Below are positions 40,950 through 50,048 of a DNA stretch of 64,000 bases, one piece after another. The notes under the pieces are model-generated. The model was not told the origin of the DNA, ran no database searches, and worked only from the letters and a program-made list of their open reading frames with translations. Where the stretch lies: positions 21,444 to 85,443 of the forward strand of contig CAYQPQ010000001.1 in the NCBI GenBank assembly GCA_964420045.1. Direction: 5' to 3'. Made by a program: the position numbers and the translations under genes. Position 1 is the stretch's first letter. Every line of letters starts with the position of its first letter. Source of the stretch: an uncultured Bdellovibrionales bacterium. GTDB taxonomy: Bacteria > Patescibacteriota > Minisyncoccia > Moranbacterales > UBA1568.

Positions 40950-41201
40950 ATGCAAACGATAACATGTCACGACTGCGGAAAGACCCTCAAGAAGGGTGAG
41001 GAATATATGCCGTATGAGGCAAACGGGAATACGCTCGCAAAGTGCCGCGCCTGTCACGAGACAAAGCCGGAACTGACCGATTTTCAGAAAGCCGAAACCT
41101 ACACCCGCGTCGTCGGCTATATCCGCCCCGTTGAGCAATGGAACAAAGGCAAACAACAAGAATACACCGACCGCCTGGAGTACGCGCCCAGCGCCGCCTA
41201 G
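40950..41201 (+). CDS. Stand-alone NrdD C-terminal domain: a Zn-ribbon plus the glycyl-radical motif.
   Basis: CHDCG...CRAC Zn ribbon, then ETYTRVVGYIRPVEQWNKGKQQEYTDR. This is the canonical class III RNR glycyl-radical motif (RVxGY...WNxGKxxE). Confidence 0.7.
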   Translation: MQTITCHDCGKTLKKGEEYMPYEANGNTLAKCRACHETKPELTDFQKAETYTRVVGYIRPVEQWNKGKQQEYTDRLEYAPSAA

Positions 41202-41206
41202 GAAGT

Positions 41207-41914
41207 ATGTACCTCGCCGGATACCAACCACTCACTCTCCTCGACTACCCCGGGAAACTCGCTGCAACGGTGTTTACACTCGGGTGTGTGCTGCGATGCC
41301 CGTTTTGTCACAATCCGGAATTGATCGAGCCGAGCGAAGAATACCTTTCACAAGCGGGCGGAAACAAGACGGGTGAATTTCTGAAATTCCTTGAGACACG
41401 ACAAGGCAAACTTGATGGCGTGTGTATCACCGGCGGCGAGCCGACGCTTCATAGCGATCTCCTCGACTTTATACGAAAGATAAAGTCGCTTGGCTTCCTC
41501 GTAAAGCTCGACACCAATGGCGCCTTCCCTGACATCGTGAAAAAAATTTCCGAAACTAAGCTCGTTGATTTCTGGGCGATGGATATCAAGCACGCGCCCG
41601 AAAAATATCCGGCTGCATCCGGCAATGCCAATATCGCCATCGAGAACTTTCAAGAAAGCGTAAAAATCATCATGGAGAGCGGTGCAGACTATGAATTCCG
41701 CACGACGGTTGTCCCGGGAATTCACACCGAAAACGACTTCCAAGCAATCGGCGAATGGATACAGGGCGCCCGGCGATTCGCCCTTCAGGAATTCCGAGAT
41801 ATAAAGATATACGACCCCAACCTGGCAACACAAGCAAGAGGGTGTTCGATCGATCTCGAAATTGCCCGCACACACATCCTCCCATTTGTCGAACACGTTG
41901 AAATTCGCCGATAA
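41207..41914 (+). CDS. nrdG: Anaerobic ribonucleoside-triphosphate reductase activating protein (radical SAM).
   Basis: The CxxxCxxC cluster appears as GCVLRCPFCHNPEL. Also has ...GVCITGGEPTL. It starts 6 nt after the small ORF. Confidence 0.85.
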   Translation: MYLAGYQPLTLLDYPGKLAATVFTLGCVLRCPFCHNPELIEPSEEYLSQAGGNKTGEFLKFLETRQGKLDGVCITGGEPTLHSDLLDFIRKIKSLGFLVKLDTNGAFPDIVKKISETKLVDFWAMDIKHAPEKYPAASGNANIAIENFQESVKIIMESGADYEFRTTVVPGIHTENDFQAIGEWIQGARRFALQEFRDIKIYDPNLATQARGCSIDLEIARTHILPFVEHVEIRR

Positions 41915-41940
41915 GAACCTCTTGAAAAGGCCTCGAGTCA

Positions 41941-42060
41941 AAGAAAATCGGCTGAGCTCTTCTGGAGAAATTCTTTTTTGCGGCTTTCCTACCTACCGGC
42001 AGGCAGGCGTACGAAGTGTAAGACAAGCAAGAAAAGAATTTTTCCAGAAGAGCGGGCTTG
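41941..42060. repeat. Family-2 hairpin repeat in forward orientation, downstream of the convergent nrdG and znuB genes.
   Basis: GAGAAATTCTTTTTTGCGGCTTTCCTACCTACCGGCAGGCAGGCGTACGAAGTGTAAGACAAGCAAGAAAAGAATTTTTCCAG. It is the reverse complement of 43010-43105. Confidence 0.65.
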
Positions 42061-42157
42061 TTCAACAGACACTAAGGGTAATCGCGATTCAAAACACAAA
42101 ACATCAGCGCCAACCGCGCTGATGCGTTTCTTTCTCCCGACACAAGTATCCCAAGAA

Positions 42158-42958
42158 CTATCGTCTGTTTAATAACAGAGAAACTACGAACGCCGCGAGC
42201 ATAATCAGCACAATCGTTCCACCTGTCGCCAGGTTGAGATAGAACGATGCCACTATACCAAAAAGCACTGAAACTATCGAGATTCCCTCCGCCATCAGAA
42301 CTGTCCGCATAAATCCGCATCTCCATTGGAGTGCTGCAACAACCGGAATTACCATCAGCGCTGCAATGAGCAGTATGCCGACAATGGGAATAGCAACAGA
42401 CACTGTGAGTGCGGTCAGCAGTATCAACGCAAGATTGAGGAATCGCGTCGGCATGCCACTCACCTGTGCAGCTTCCTCATCGAATGTCACAAAAAGAAGC
42501 GGTTTGAACAATGCAAACAGCGAAAGAATAACCAGTGCCGATACGCCGCCAATCACAAGAATATCGGTTGACGTCACCGTTACGATACTGCCAAAAAGGT
42601 AGTTGAAGAGACTCGCATTGAACCCATTGGCAAGACTGAGAAGCACCACTGCAAGCGCCAAGCTCCCCGAAAGGAACAGTGCAAGTGCCGATTCGCCGGA
42701 AATCCGTTTCGAATTCCGCAGACGCTCAATGCCAAGAGAGGCAACGGTTGTCGCTCCCAGCGCGGCGAGAAGCGGATTGATTTTCAAGAGCAGACCGAGC
42801 GCAATACCGGCAAGCGACACATGAGAAAGTGTATCGGCAATCAGAGAATATCGCCGCAATACCAAAAATGTCCCGATAAGCGGCGCGACGCAAGCGACGA
42901 TAATACCCGCTTCGAGTCCGCGAACGATAAATCCGTATTGAAAAATATTTTCTACCAT
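42158..42958 (-). CDS. znuB: Metal (Zn/Mn) ABC transporter permease.
   Basis: ABC-3 family permease, 266 aa, 8 TM helices. Confidence 0.85.
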   Translation of the reverse strand: MVENIFQYGFIVRGLEAGIIVACVAPLIGTFLVLRRYSLIADTLSHVSLAGIALGLLLKINPLLAALGATTVASLGIERLRNSKRISGESALALFLSGSLALAVVLLSLANGFNASLFNYLFGSIVTVTSTDILVIGGVSALVILSLFALFKPLLFVTFDEEAAQVSGMPTRFLNLALILLTALTVSVAIPIVGILLIAALMVIPVVAALQWRCGFMRTVLMAEGISIVSVLFGIVASFYLNLATGGTIVLIMLAAFVVSLLLNRR

Positions 42959-43009
42959 AGAAAGAGGGTGCCAAGCAAACTTCGCAAGAATAGAAACGTG
43001 AACATGTTT

Positions 43010-43105
43010 CCGGAGAAAATTCTTTTTTTGCTTGTCTTACACTTCGTACGCCTGCCTGCCGGTAGGTAGGAAGGCCGCAGAAAAAAGAATTTTCTCCGGA
43101 AAAAC
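43010..43105. repeat. Family-2 hairpin repeat in reverse orientation, lying intercistronically between znuC and znuB.
   Basis: CCGGAGAAAATTCTTTTTTTGCTTGTCTTACACTTCGTACGCCTGCCTGCCGGTAGGTAGGAAGGCCGCAGAAAAAAGAATTTTCTCCGG. The terminal arms form a perfect long hairpin. Confidence 0.65.
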
Positions 43106-43130
43106 AGTCTTTCAGAAACATTCATAAACA

Positions 43131-43907
43131 TCAGGCATAGTGATGGCGATGCGGCTCTACCTTGATATCGCGCTCAAATATAGTCGTCGAAGCACTCTCT
43201 GCACGATACGCTTCGGGTGAGAGATAGCGAATCAGCGAACGATCAACGCAGGCAAGATGCGTCACCTCTCGTACAATGCGATCGATATCATGAGAGACCA
43301 GCACCAGCGTAATACCCGATTCGCCATTCAACTTTTTGAGAAGTGAATAGAAACCATCCTGTGTTTTCTTGTCGACACCAGTTGTTGGCTCATCGAGAAA
43401 GAGTATTTCCGGACGATTCACGAGCGCGCGCGCGATAAAAACCCGTTGCTGCTGCCCGCCGGACAGGTCTCCGATGAGGCGATCCCGAAAGTCCCACATG
43501 TCAACGCTCGTCAGCGAATCTTTCACTGCATCCCGATCAACATCGCGTAGTCTTTGGAAAATACTCCCACTCTTGTAACGCCCCATCATTGCTACCTCAT
43601 ACACGCTCACGGGAAAATTCACATCGAAATGCACCGCCGTCTGGGGCACATATCCTATCTTTTCCCATTCGGAAAATTCCCGGACATCAACACCAAAGAG
43701 CCTGACCGAGCCGCTCGAAAGCGGCAGGAGTCGAAGCATGATCTTGAGCAGTGTTGTTTTCCCGGCGCCATTCGGACCCACCAGCCCGACATAGTCTCCG
43801 CGACGAACCGCAAGCGTCACACCCTGAAGCGCATCCTCTTTCCCATCATAGGAAAAAGAGAGGTTCTCAACTTCAAGAATATTTTCAACGTTTATTGCCG
43901 AATGCAT
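43131..43907 (-). CDS. znuC: Metal ABC transporter ATP-binding protein.
   Basis: Walker A GPNGAGKTT, the ABC signature LSGGQQQR, and Walker B ILFLDEP. Confidence 0.85.
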   Translation of the reverse strand: MHSAINVENILEVENLSFSYDGKEDALQGVTLAVRRGDYVGLVGPNGAGKTTLLKIMLRLLPLSSGSVRLFGVDVREFSEWEKIGYVPQTAVHFDVNFPVSVYEVAMMGRYKSGSIFQRLRDVDRDAVKDSLTSVDMWDFRDRLIGDLSGGQQQRVFIARALVNRPEILFLDEPTTGVDKKTQDGFYSLLKKLNGESGITLVLVSHDIDRIVREVTHLACVDRSLIRYLSPEAYRAESASTTIFERDIKVEPHRHHYA

Positions 43908-44857
43908 TGCAGTGCCGTTTGTAAATTTTCGAGATTCTCGCGCATAACGGAGAAATAATCTTCGCCTCGAGCAATGTTCTCTTCGCTTAAACCTTCAATC
44001 GGATTCAACACCAGTGTTTTCGCTCCGATTTCCGTCGCAATCGTCTGTGACAGCTTCGGACTTGCGAGACTCTCAAAGAAAATATACTGCACATTGTTCG
44101 TTTTGGCGAACTGCGCAATAATAGCCAGCTGCGATGGAGATGGCTCGGCATCGGGAGAGAGTCCGGCTATCGACACTTGATTCAATCCGTATTCCGCCGC
44201 CAAATACCCAAAGGCGGAATGAGACGTGATGATATTCCTGGTTGCACACACGCGAAGACCATTCCGATAAGCAGCGTCCACATCGCTCAATTTCCCAATA
44301 AGCGAATCGGCATTCCCGCGATAATATGAAGCGTTCTCCGGATCGACACGCTCAAAACCGCTCGCAATATTCTCCACCATCCGTTTCGCAAGCACCGGAT
44401 CAATCCATACGTGCGGATCCATCGTAAGCGAGCTTTCCCCTGTTGCCGCTCTTGTCATAAGACCTTCGCTCGCTCGAACAACAACCGTGTTTTTCGAAGA
44501 AAGATTCTTGCCGATACGATCACCCCACGCCTCAAACCCTCCGCCATTCAAAACGATAAGATCAGCCTTTTCCATCCGCGCCATATCTTGCGCCGTCGGC
44601 TCATAGTCGTGTGGCTCCGCCCCGGACGGCACGACATTTGTAACATCAAATTTGTCTCCGCCAATCTGCTGAGAGAAAAAATAAAGCGGATAGAAACTTG
44701 CTGTTACCTGCAGCTTTCTAGAGTCTTCCAGTTGAACATTCGATTGGATTGAATTGATCGAAGACTTTTTGATGCCCCAGACAAAGACACTTATTCCCGC
44801 GAGAGCAGCTATCGAAAGCGAAAAAATAACAAGAGATCTCTTCATATATCTTGACAT
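43892..44857 (-). CDS. znuA: Metal ABC transporter substrate-binding lipoprotein (TroA/ZnuA family).
   Basis: Signal peptide, ...TASFYPLYFF...PSGAEPHDYEP... His/Asp-rich metal site. 321 aa. Confidence 0.8.
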   Translation of the reverse strand: MSRYMKRSLVIFSLSIAALAGISVFVWGIKKSSINSIQSNVQLEDSRKLQVTASFYPLYFFSQQIGGDKFDVTNVVPSGAEPHDYEPTAQDMARMEKADLIVLNGGGFEAWGDRIGKNLSSKNTVVVRASEGLMTRAATGESSLTMDPHVWIDPVLAKRMVENIASGFERVDPENASYYRGNADSLIGKLSDVDAAYRNGLRVCATRNIITSHSAFGYLAAEYGLNQVSIAGLSPDAEPSPSQLAIIAQFAKTNNVQYIFFESLASPKLSQTIATEIGAKTLVLNPIEGLSEENIARGEDYFSVMRENLENLQTALQCIRQ

Positions 44858-44910
44858 AAAGAATTATACTGTTCTATAAAATATCACTGATCACAAGAAG
44901 CGCTACCGAC

Positions 44911-45336
44911 CTACCGACATCGTTCGCACATTCCAAAGAACTCCAAAGAGTGATCAAGGATCGTGAATCGCTCGCGACGCGCCAATCGACTCTCTTCCCG
45001 CTCAAGCGATTCATTCAAACGTACTTCGCGGATATCGCCACAAGACACGCAAACCAAATGATGGTGATGATCACCGACACATTCATAGAGCGCCGTGTCA
45101 TTTCGGAAAAATATCTCTCTCACACTTCCCATCTTTTTCAGTGTTTCAATCTCCCGATATACGGTCGTCTTGTTGACACTCCTTCCTTTGTTAGCAAGCG
45201 ATGCCATTATTTCCGATACGGGGAGGGGCTTTCCCGCATTCCCCAAAATATCAAGCACCGCGTCGCGCGCCGGAGACTTCCGCAAGTGTTTATTCTGAGA
45301 TGAAGTCATCAGAGTTTTTCCCATAACTTTCTTCAT
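44911..45336 (-). CDS. zur: Fur-family transcriptional regulator, probably Zur.
   Basis: Winged-helix N-terminus (ARDAVLDIL...VSEIMASL...TVYREIETL) and C-terminal HHHH...CxxC...CxxC metal sites. It sits first in the znu operon. Confidence 0.8.
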   Translation of the reverse strand: MKKVMGKTLMTSSQNKHLRKSPARDAVLDILGNAGKPLPVSEIMASLANKGRSVNKTTVYREIETLKKMGSVREIFFRNDTALYECVGDHHHHLVCVSCGDIREVRLNESLEREESRLARRERFTILDHSLEFFGMCERCR

Positions 45337-45342
45337 ACCTTC

Positions 45343-45372
45343 AATATAATGCAACTTAGTTGCAATTGTCAA
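45343..45372 (-). promoter_or_regulatory. Candidate sigma70-like promoter with an embedded palindromic Zur/Fur-type operator.
   Basis: Read on the minus strand: TTGACA-aattgcaactaagttgc-aTTATAT-tgaagGt-ATG. The 6-3-6 palindrome TGCAAC-NNN-GTTGCA fills the -35/-10 spacer. A GAAGG SD sits 5 nt before the zur ATG. Confidence 0.45.
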
Positions 45373-45452
45373 TAGGCAAGACGAGGAACAAAAAAATCGT
45401 TCCGAAAAATTTATAGGAACGACGTTTGCGCAAAGATTCCTCTGACGGGCAT

Positions 45453-46295
45453 TCACGGCAACTCCGAGAGAAAACAGCGATGCGCATTCCCTTCCGTCAC
45501 ATTCCCAACCTCTGCAAATGAAATTCCTTTCACTTCGGAAATTTTCCTTGCCACTTCCACAACATACGCCGGCTCATTCCGAGTGCCGCGATACTTTTGC
45601 GGCGCCAGATAGGGACAGTCGGTCTCAGTCAGCATCCGTTCAATCGGAATTATCTTGACACTCTCGCGAATGTCATTCTCGGTTCCCACAAGCGACTTCT
45701 TTACCGGATAGGTGATATTCCCTGCGAATGAAAAGAAGACTCGATCGCTCAGGTCGAGAAACTCCTGCGTCATCCCCTTGTCACCCTGGTAGCAATGCAA
45801 GATAATAAACGGGATATCCTCAACATATCCGCGCACGATATCAAGGACATCGCCATACGATTCGCGCGCATGAATAACAATCGGTTTCCCGATACGCTTG
45901 GCAAGCTCCAAGTGATCTCGAAATCCTTCTTGCTGAATCTTCCGCTGTTCATCCGAAATCGAAACCCCGTTAAAGGCGTGATAATCCAGCCCGCATTCGC
46001 CAATCGCCACCACCTTCGGACGCACTGCTATTTCCTCCATTCTTTCTATCCACTCCCGCCGCACTTCATGTTCGGGCAATTTCGAATACTCATGCGGATG
46101 CACCGCGACGGCGGCAAAGAGCCCGCTTTCGTATCGCTCCGCCGCCGCAACAGCATCTATGCTTTCCGTTACACTGGTGCCAACCGTGATAATTCGATTC
46201 ACGCCCACGGCATTCGCCCGACGAATCGCTTCATCTCGATCGCCATCAAACACCTCTTCGTGAATATGCGCATGCGTATCGATCATGGGTCTCAA
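45453..46295 (-). CDS. tatD: TatD family metal-dependent hydrolase.
   Basis: MIDTHAHIHEE...the HxH metal motif and the full TIM-barrel hydrolase. It overlaps the metG stop by 4 nt (ATGA). Confidence 0.85.
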   Translation of the reverse strand: MRPMIDTHAHIHEEVFDGDRDEAIRRANAVGVNRIITVGTSVTESIDAVAAAERYESGLFAAVAVHPHEYSKLPEHEVRREWIERMEEIAVRPKVVAIGECGLDYHAFNGVSISDEQRKIQQEGFRDHLELAKRIGKPIVIHARESYGDVLDIVRGYVEDIPFIILHCYQGDKGMTQEFLDLSDRVFFSFAGNITYPVKKSLVGTENDIRESVKIIPIERMLTETDCPYLAPQKYRGTRNEPAYVVEVARKISEVKGISFAEVGNVTEGNAHRCFLSELP

Positions 46296-47713
46296 ATACG
46301 TTGAAAAAGAATCCCGCCCTTTCGTTCGGCAAGCATCGTTCGAATATTCTCAGACGTTTCCGGCAAAAAAGGAACGAGCAAATATGCAATGCGAGTGAGA
46401 TCGTCAAGCAGTTTTTTCATTACCGCCTCGAATTTCTCCACATCTGTTTTTGCCAGTTCCCACGGTTTCTCGTCTTCGATATACTTATTGCTTTTCCGCA
46501 CAATATCCCAAATATATTCCAATCCATCGTTCAAACGATAATTTTCCAAGAGTTGAAAAAATTCTTGAGGTATATGTTCTGTGTGTTTCTCCGTAATTCG
46601 TGCTTCCTGATTCGTTATTCGATCAGCCAGTTTCAAAACTCGACTCACCAAATTCCCGAGCCCGTTCGCCAGATCGGCATTGTATTTCTCAGTCATCCGC
46701 TCCCATGAGAGATCGATATCTTCCCCAAATACCGCCGCCGAAAGGAGAAGGTACCGCGCCCCGTCCTTGCCAAATCTCTCAATCATCTCTTCGGGCGAAA
46801 CAACATTCCCGAGACTCTTCGACATTTTCTGTCCATTGCAGGTGATGTGTCCATGGATAAGTATTTGCTTTGACGGAGCAAGTCCGGCGGACAGAAGCAT
46901 CGCCTGCCACATCGCCGTCTGCTGACGAAGATTGTCCTTTCCGGCAATCTGCACGCCCGGCCAAAATTTCTCGAACTGTTCTTGATCAACATTCCATCCT
47001 ATTGTCGAGATGTAGTTGACAAGTGCGTCGAACCACACATACATCACATGCGATTCATCACCCGGCACCGGGATACCCCACGGCATTTTCGAAGCAAGTC
47101 GCGACACACTAAAGTCTTGCAACCCGCGCTCGACAAAAGCCACAATCTCATTCAGACGCTTCTCCGGAACAACAAACTGCGACTGCTCTCGATACAAGCT
47201 CAGAAGTTCTCCTTGATACCTCGAAAATCGGAAGAAATAGTTTTCTTCTTCCACAATTTCTATCTCGCGATTCGGATGCTCGGGACATTTCCCGTTCACC
47301 AAATCCGAATCCGTCTTCTCCAATTCGCATCCGACACAGTACTTCGCCCGGTAATTCTTTTTGTAGATATCGCCTCGCGCTTCGCACCGTCTCCAAAACG
47401 CCTGCGCCGCCTTCACATGATACTCATCCGTTGTCCGAATGAAATTTGTATAACCGATATCAAGAAGCGTCTTGAGATTTCGGAAGTGCTCCGACATGCG
47501 GTCGCAAAACTCCTGCGGTGTCACTCCTTCTTCTTTCGCTTTTTCCCAAATCTTCGTCCCATGTTCATCCGTTCCGATATTGAAAACCACCTCCTCGCCA
47601 AGCGCCGCATGAAACCGCGCTATTACATCCGCCTGCACCACCTCCAGCGCAAACCCAATATGCGGCTTCCCATTTACATACGGAAGTGTGGTTGTAATAT
47701 AGAATCTTGACAT
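46292..47713 (-). CDS. metG: Methionine--tRNA ligase.
   Basis: N-terminus ...TTLPYVNGKPHIGFALE (HIGH motif) and the KMSKS motif (QKMSKSLGN). 473 aa. Confidence 0.95.
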   Translation of the reverse strand: MSRFYITTTLPYVNGKPHIGFALEVVQADVIARFHAALGEEVVFNIGTDEHGTKIWEKAKEEGVTPQEFCDRMSEHFRNLKTLLDIGYTNFIRTTDEYHVKAAQAFWRRCEARGDIYKKNYRAKYCVGCELEKTDSDLVNGKCPEHPNREIEIVEEENYFFRFSRYQGELLSLYREQSQFVVPEKRLNEIVAFVERGLQDFSVSRLASKMPWGIPVPGDESHVMYVWFDALVNYISTIGWNVDQEQFEKFWPGVQIAGKDNLRQQTAMWQAMLLSAGLAPSKQILIHGHITCNGQKMSKSLGNVVSPEEMIERFGKDGARYLLLSAAVFGEDIDLSWERMTEKYNADLANGLGNLVSRVLKLADRITNQEARITEKHTEHIPQEFFQLLENYRLNDGLEYIWDIVRKSNKYIEDEKPWELAKTDVEKFEAVMKKLLDDLTRIAYLLVPFLPETSENIRTMLAERKGGILFQRI

Positions 47714-47794
47714 ACATTTTAGAATATGATTCTATGGCATTGTTAACCAATAGTACCTTCCTCTCATTAACAAATTACTGCAAGGGGGCTTCAA

Positions 47795-48046
47795 ATGGAA
47801 TTCATCAACTCTATCATCTCAAAGCTTCATCCAAGTTTCTCACTTATTCTCCCCGCTATAATTCTCGCGTCGTTTACTTATCCTCTTTCGCAAGCGATGG
47901 AAAACATGAATCGACGAGCATTGTCACGAACCGTTTTCCTTCTTTTTCTTCTTCTCTTGGTATTCATTGTTGAAATCATCCTAAATGGGAATCAATCACT
48001 CCCAATGAAATTCCTCTCCTGGTGGCTAAGTCACTGGAAAACCTGA
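47795..48046 (+). CDS. Hypothetical small membrane protein. Coding status is uncertain.
   Basis: 83 aa, two hydrophobic segments. No family was recognised. Confidence 0.25.
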   Translation: MEFINSIISKLHPSFSLILPAIILASFTYPLSQAMENMNRRALSRTVFLLFLLLLVFIVEIILNGNQSLPMKFLSWWLSHWKT

Positions 48047-48089
48047 GCTAATTCACTCTTTGATTCGCAGGATCTGCATGATCCTGCTT

Positions 48090-48818
48090 TTATTTTCCGT
48101 AACTCGTAGCTATCACCACAAACTCTCCCTTCACCTTCCCTTGGTTCTTCTGATAATACTCCAATACTTCCGCAACGTTTCCGCGGATGATTTCTTCGAA
48201 CATCTTGGTAAGCTCGCGTCCGACAATCACGTGTTTTTCGGGCGCGAGCGAAGCCAAGAGTTCCAAATTCTTCACGATGCGATACGGAGACTCGTAATAC
48301 ACAACTGGAACTGCCGATTCCGCAACCGCGCGAAAAAATGTCTCTCGTCCCTTCTTGTGCGGCGGGAATCCCTTGAAGCAAAATTCCTGCGTGTTCACAC
48401 CGGCGACCGAGAGAATGGCTCCCAAAGCCGATGGCCCTGGCACAGGAGAAACGCGAAAACCCGCCGCAATCACCTTTTCTACCAGCTCATTCCCCGGATC
48501 CGACACGCCCGGTGTCCCGGCATCGGTCGTAAGCGCGACAGACTTTCCTTCGCCGAGCAGATCGAGCACGCGACGATGCTTTTCTTCCGCCGCCCGCTGC
48601 GGAACAGCAAGGAGCGACTTTGATATATCATGCCGAAAAAGAAGTTTCTTGGCAACACGCGTGTCCTCGCACACGATCAGATCGCACTCGCCGAGAATGC
48701 GGAGCGCACGAAGCGTGATGTCTTCCATATTTCCAATAGGTGTTGCCACTACGAAGAGTGTCCCCGATTCAGAATTCTCCTCATCTTCTCTTTGAATTTC
48801 TTCTTCAAAATCATTCAT
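48090..48818 (-). CDS. rsmI: 16S rRNA (cytidine1402-2'-O)-methyltransferase.
   Basis: ...LFVVATPIGNMEDITLRALRIL...LIVCEDTR... is the tetrapyrrole-methylase fold typical of RsmI. Confidence 0.88.
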   Translation of the reverse strand: MNDFEEEIQREDEENSESGTLFVVATPIGNMEDITLRALRILGECDLIVCEDTRVAKKLLFRHDISKSLLAVPQRAAEEKHRRVLDLLGEGKSVALTTDAGTPGVSDPGNELVEKVIAAGFRVSPVPGPSALGAILSVAGVNTQEFCFKGFPPHKKGRETFFRAVAESAVPVVYYESPYRIVKNLELLASLAPEKHVIVGRELTKMFEEIIRGNVAEVLEYYQKNQGKVKGEFVVIATSYGK

Positions 48819-48830
48819 ATTTTTCCCTTA

Positions 48831-48991
48831 GAGCTTGTCTTAGAAGTCCGTATTCTGCTGCAATTTCAAAATTTTGGCTGCAAAACATTCAGATTTCGTC
48901 GCGTTACCTTCCAGGTAGCACTCCTCAATCTTCATGTTTTTCGCTCAAAATTTTGAAATTTCGCGACGAAAGAGACTTTTAAAACAAGCTC
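48831..48991. repeat. Family-1 161-bp MITE-like repeat, copy B.
   Basis: Matches 24625-24785 with a single mismatch. The two track ORFs overlapping the two copies end in the same peptide. It lies 13 bp upstream of the rsmI start. Confidence 0.7.
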
Positions 48992-49016
48992 TTACATGCC
49001 ACTCTCCTTATTGTCA

Positions 49017-50048
49017 TTATCCATTTTGTTTCTTCTTCCCCAGAAATTCATCCGTAAACACCGAAAGCGCCGCCGCCGAAGGTACTGCAAGGAGTATACC
49101 GGCGATACCGGCAACTTTCGCGCCGATAAGCAGCGCCAAGATAACTGCCACAGGATTCAATCCGACGGTGCGTCGCATCACCTGCGGCACGACGATATGA
49201 TTCTGCGCTTGTTGAATCACGACATAGAGAATGATAACCGCTGTCCCCAGCCACGGCGACACCAGAAAGCCGAGAAGTGCGGCGGGAATAGCCGCCATCG
49301 TCGGACCCGCATACGGCACCATTTCAAGGAGCGCCCCAAAGAGAGCCAGAACCAGCGTATACGGAATCTCGAGCATGGAAAGCCCGATAAAGTAAAATGA
49401 AAAGACGATGACCATGAGAAGCAGCTGCCCGAACATCCACTGACCGATTTTGTCTTGAATCTTCCGAGAGAAATAGAGAACGCGCTCCTCATATTCGGCA
49501 GGCGTCACCGTTCGAAGCACTTTGTCTATCCCGCGCCGTTCAAACGACATATACAGCGAGAGAAAAAACATGACCACCACTGAAAAAAGAGCATGGAACA
49601 CGCTCACGGTCGTCGAGAAAATACCGGAAACCGCTCCCGACGACTCGCCGCCGCCCGAAAGAGCATCCGCGCCGAGCGGAACATCATGGATTCGGAAAAA
49701 CGAATCAATACCATTTGCAAACATGGAAAGACGATCGAGGTACTGCGGCACATTTGCCGAGAACTCCACCACCTGACTCGAGAATATAGGAACAATCAGC
49801 GAAACAACCGTAACCAAGAATCCGACAATCACCGCGTACACGCCAAGCACGCCGAGCGTGCGCGGGATACGGAGAGCCTCCAATCTCTCAATCGCCGGCG
49901 CAACCGATGCCGTAATGATTATCGCGACAAAAAATACAACGATAATATCCCGAATCAAGTACAAAAAGAATAATGCCATCAGCATCATGACGCCGTGCAG
50001 TAAAATCTTCGTCCACGCTTCAATATACTGTTCCTTTGTCATTGTCAT
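49017..50048 (-). CDS. AI-2E family transporter (PerM-like).
   Basis: 8 TM helices and conserved ...FFVAIIITASVAPAIERL... Confidence 0.8.
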   Translation of the reverse strand: MTMTKEQYIEAWTKILLHGVMMLMALFFLYLIRDIIVVFFVAIIITASVAPAIERLEALRIPRTLGVLGVYAVIVGFLVTVVSLIVPIFSSQVVEFSANVPQYLDRLSMFANGIDSFFRIHDVPLGADALSGGGESSGAVSGIFSTTVSVFHALFSVVVMFFLSLYMSFERRGIDKVLRTVTPAEYEERVLYFSRKIQDKIGQWMFGQLLLMVIVFSFYFIGLSMLEIPYTLVLALFGALLEMVPYAGPTMAAIPAALLGFLVSPWLGTAVIILYVVIQQAQNHIVVPQVMRRTVGLNPVAVILALLIGAKVAGIAGILLAVPSAAALSVFTDEFLGKKKQNG

